Shown here piece after piece: positions 62,687-64,000 of a stretch of DNA of 64,000 nt. The translations under genes and the position numbers were made by a program. This DNA is from Desulfatiglandales bacterium. Lineage in GTDB: Bacteria > Desulfobacterota > DSM-4660 > Desulfatiglandales > Desulfatiglandaceae. Numbering within the stretch: position 1 is the first letter of the stretch; every line of letters begins with the position of its first letter. The stretch covers positions 672,001 to 736,000 of the forward strand of contig OY762721.1 of the NCBI GenBank assembly GCA_963666345.1, written 5' to 3'. The notes under the pieces were generated by a model. It was given only the letters and a program-made list of their open reading frames with translations. It did not search any database and was not told the DNA's origin.

Positions 62687-62703
62687 TTGGCACAAGAGTT
62701 GCT
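62687..62703 (+). promoter_or_regulatory. sigma54 promoter
   Basis: TTGGCACAAGAGTTGCT, perfect TGGCAC-N5-TTGC. Confidence 0.85.
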
Positions 62704-62767
62704 TAAATAATCAATTAAGGGATGTTTAATACAAAAGGGATAAATTTCAGTCGTCTGGACGGAAAAA

Positions 62768-64000
62768 ATGGACCGCGAAGACCGCATCAGCAATCGAAAC
62801 ATAAGGATCATCGCAGCCTATGTGGACAGCAAGCTTTCCGATTTTCATACCCTGTTCAACGGTCTTTCCTATCCTGAAAATGAATATCGTTCTCCAGAGG
62901 AATTCTTCCTGAATGAAGATGAGTGGACAAGCCTCAATAATTTTGAGCGAATCTTCAGGCGTGCCAGGAACCTGGTAGGCGAGGACAACTTCTACTTCAA
63001 CTGCGGGGCATCCTGCGCCAGGCTCAAATCGTGGGGGCGTTTCCATTATTTCGTAAGGGTATTTGCCACACCGAACGACGGGTTCAGAAAGCTCCCCTTT
63101 TTCAATAAAAATTTTAACGACACAAAAGAGGTCGAAATAATTTCTCCTCCCGCCTATGAAAGCAGGTCAAGGAGATTCAGGACCATACTGAAGATAAAGC
63201 TGCACTCCGATATCGATCCTCACAAAGACTACATCAGAGACCCTTATTTCAGGGGAATCATCTCATCCATTCCCACCATGTGGGGTCTCAAGCCTGCCTT
63301 GATCAGACAGGTCTTAAGCCCTTATAACCCTGAAATACTGTTTGAAAAGGAGCCTGAATTCGCCTTCCACGGCCTTAAGGCAAAAATCAGCGGAAACATC
63401 ATGACCGTAACCGACACTGTAAATGACCATTCCTTTACGGCCGGGAAAAAGATCATACTGCTTCCGGAAGAGATAACCGGCAAAAAGGTGTTTCTTGGAA
63501 AATATGACAGCCTTTTTGAAGCCGGAGGTTCAAGGCATGGGGAGAGACATGAGGCACTTCTCATAACAAAGACGGTCAAGTCAAACAATCACGTACTTCT
63601 GCAGGAAGGGGACATATACATGGCCCCCTATTTTATTCTTGATGTCTATTATGAAAGGATGACCCTTTTTCAGAGATTATCCCAGCTGTTCAGATTCAGG
63701 GAGAGCACTCAGGACACGGGCACAGAACTGATAGACACCATAAACAGGCTCAGAAAAAGCATAAAGGCGAAAAACGACGCCTATCAGGAGTTAAAGGAGG
63801 TAAACGCCGAGCTTCTCAAGGCAAAGGAGGGATTGAATAATTACGCGCAGGAACTTGAAGAGAGAGTTGAGGAGAGAACCAGGGAACTGACGGAGGCCAA
63901 AGATGAGCTCACCAATCTTAACCGCGGGCTTGAGAAAAAGGTCAGCGAACAGATCTCACAGCTTGAAAGGTACAACCTGCTGCGCCGGTATCTGTCACCT
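62768..64000 (+). CDS. Probable class III adenylate/guanylate cyclase (5' part; runs off window)
   Basis: Manual translation MDREDRISNRNIRIIAAYVDSKL...; read by eye as one open frame to the edge; ends in a coiled coil and ...QLERYNLLRRYLSP, the helix that typically precedes a class III cyclase domain. Confidence 0.7.
   Translation, partial: MDREDRISNRNIRIIAAYVDSKLSDFHTLFNGLSYPENEYRSPEEFFLNEDEWTSLNNFERIFRRARNLVGEDNFYFNCGASCARLKSWGRFHYFVRVFATPNDGFRKLPFFNKNFNDTKEVEIISPPAYESRSRRFRTILKIKLHSDIDPHKDYIRDPYFRGIISSIPTMWGLKPALIRQVLSPYNPEILFEKEPEFAFHGLKAKISGNIMTVTDTVNDHSFTAGKKIILLPEEITGKKVFLGKYDSLFEAGGSRHGERHEALLITKTVKSNNHVLLQEGDIYMAPYFILDVYYERMTLFQRLSQLFRFRESTQDTGTELIDTINRLRKSIKAKNDAYQELKEVNAELLKAKEGLNNYAQELEERVEERTRELTEAKDELTNLNRGLEKKVSEQISQLERYNLLRRYLSP

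Noticed and set aside
62747..63588. - strand ORFs at 62747-63046 and 63322-63588
   Set aside because: Antisense to the long + strand frame starting at 62768 that has a sigma54 promoter.
1..64000. CRISPR array, rRNA, prophage or transposase
   Set aside because: No regularly spaced repeats, rRNA-like sequence or phage/IS proteins recognised anywhere in the window.

Overview
Chromosomal core-plus-energy-metabolism region of a sulfate-reducing bacterium. It is most likely Desulfobacterota; that is an inference from protein styles, not a computed placement. 1-19.6 kb (- strand): tRNA-Thr/Tyr/Gly/Thr, tuf, rpmG, tRNA-Trp, secE, nusG, rplKAJL, rpoBC, rpsLG, a second apparently identical tuf, then the start of the S10 operon; fusA is absent from the str cluster. 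20-36.5 kb: ndk, two YkgJ-family Cys-cluster paralogues, and the sulfate-activation locus (sigma54 activator, sigma54 promoter, receiver protein, sat, aprBA, qmoAB, hdrC/hdrB-like genes in place of qmoC, a zinc-ribbon protein and a frameshifted SEC-C protein). 36.9-49 kb: ETF:quinone oxidoreductase, polyprenyl synthase, and an unusual cluster of two TauE/SafE-family transporters (one with a large exported N-terminal domain), a DUF106/EMC3-like membrane protein, and a TorD-like chaperone fused to a molybdopterin oxidoreductase. 49-64 kb: acyl-CoA ligase, amidase, PilT-like ATPase, LOG-family protein, SYLF protein, malonyl-CoA decarboxylase, csp, leuCD, tRNA-Pro, a receiver-like protein and the 5' part of a sigma54-driven probable class III nucleotide cyclase. 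I saw no CRISPR array, rRNA, transposase or prophage, but there are degenerate MITE/REP-like repeats. All assignments are by eye; no searches were run.
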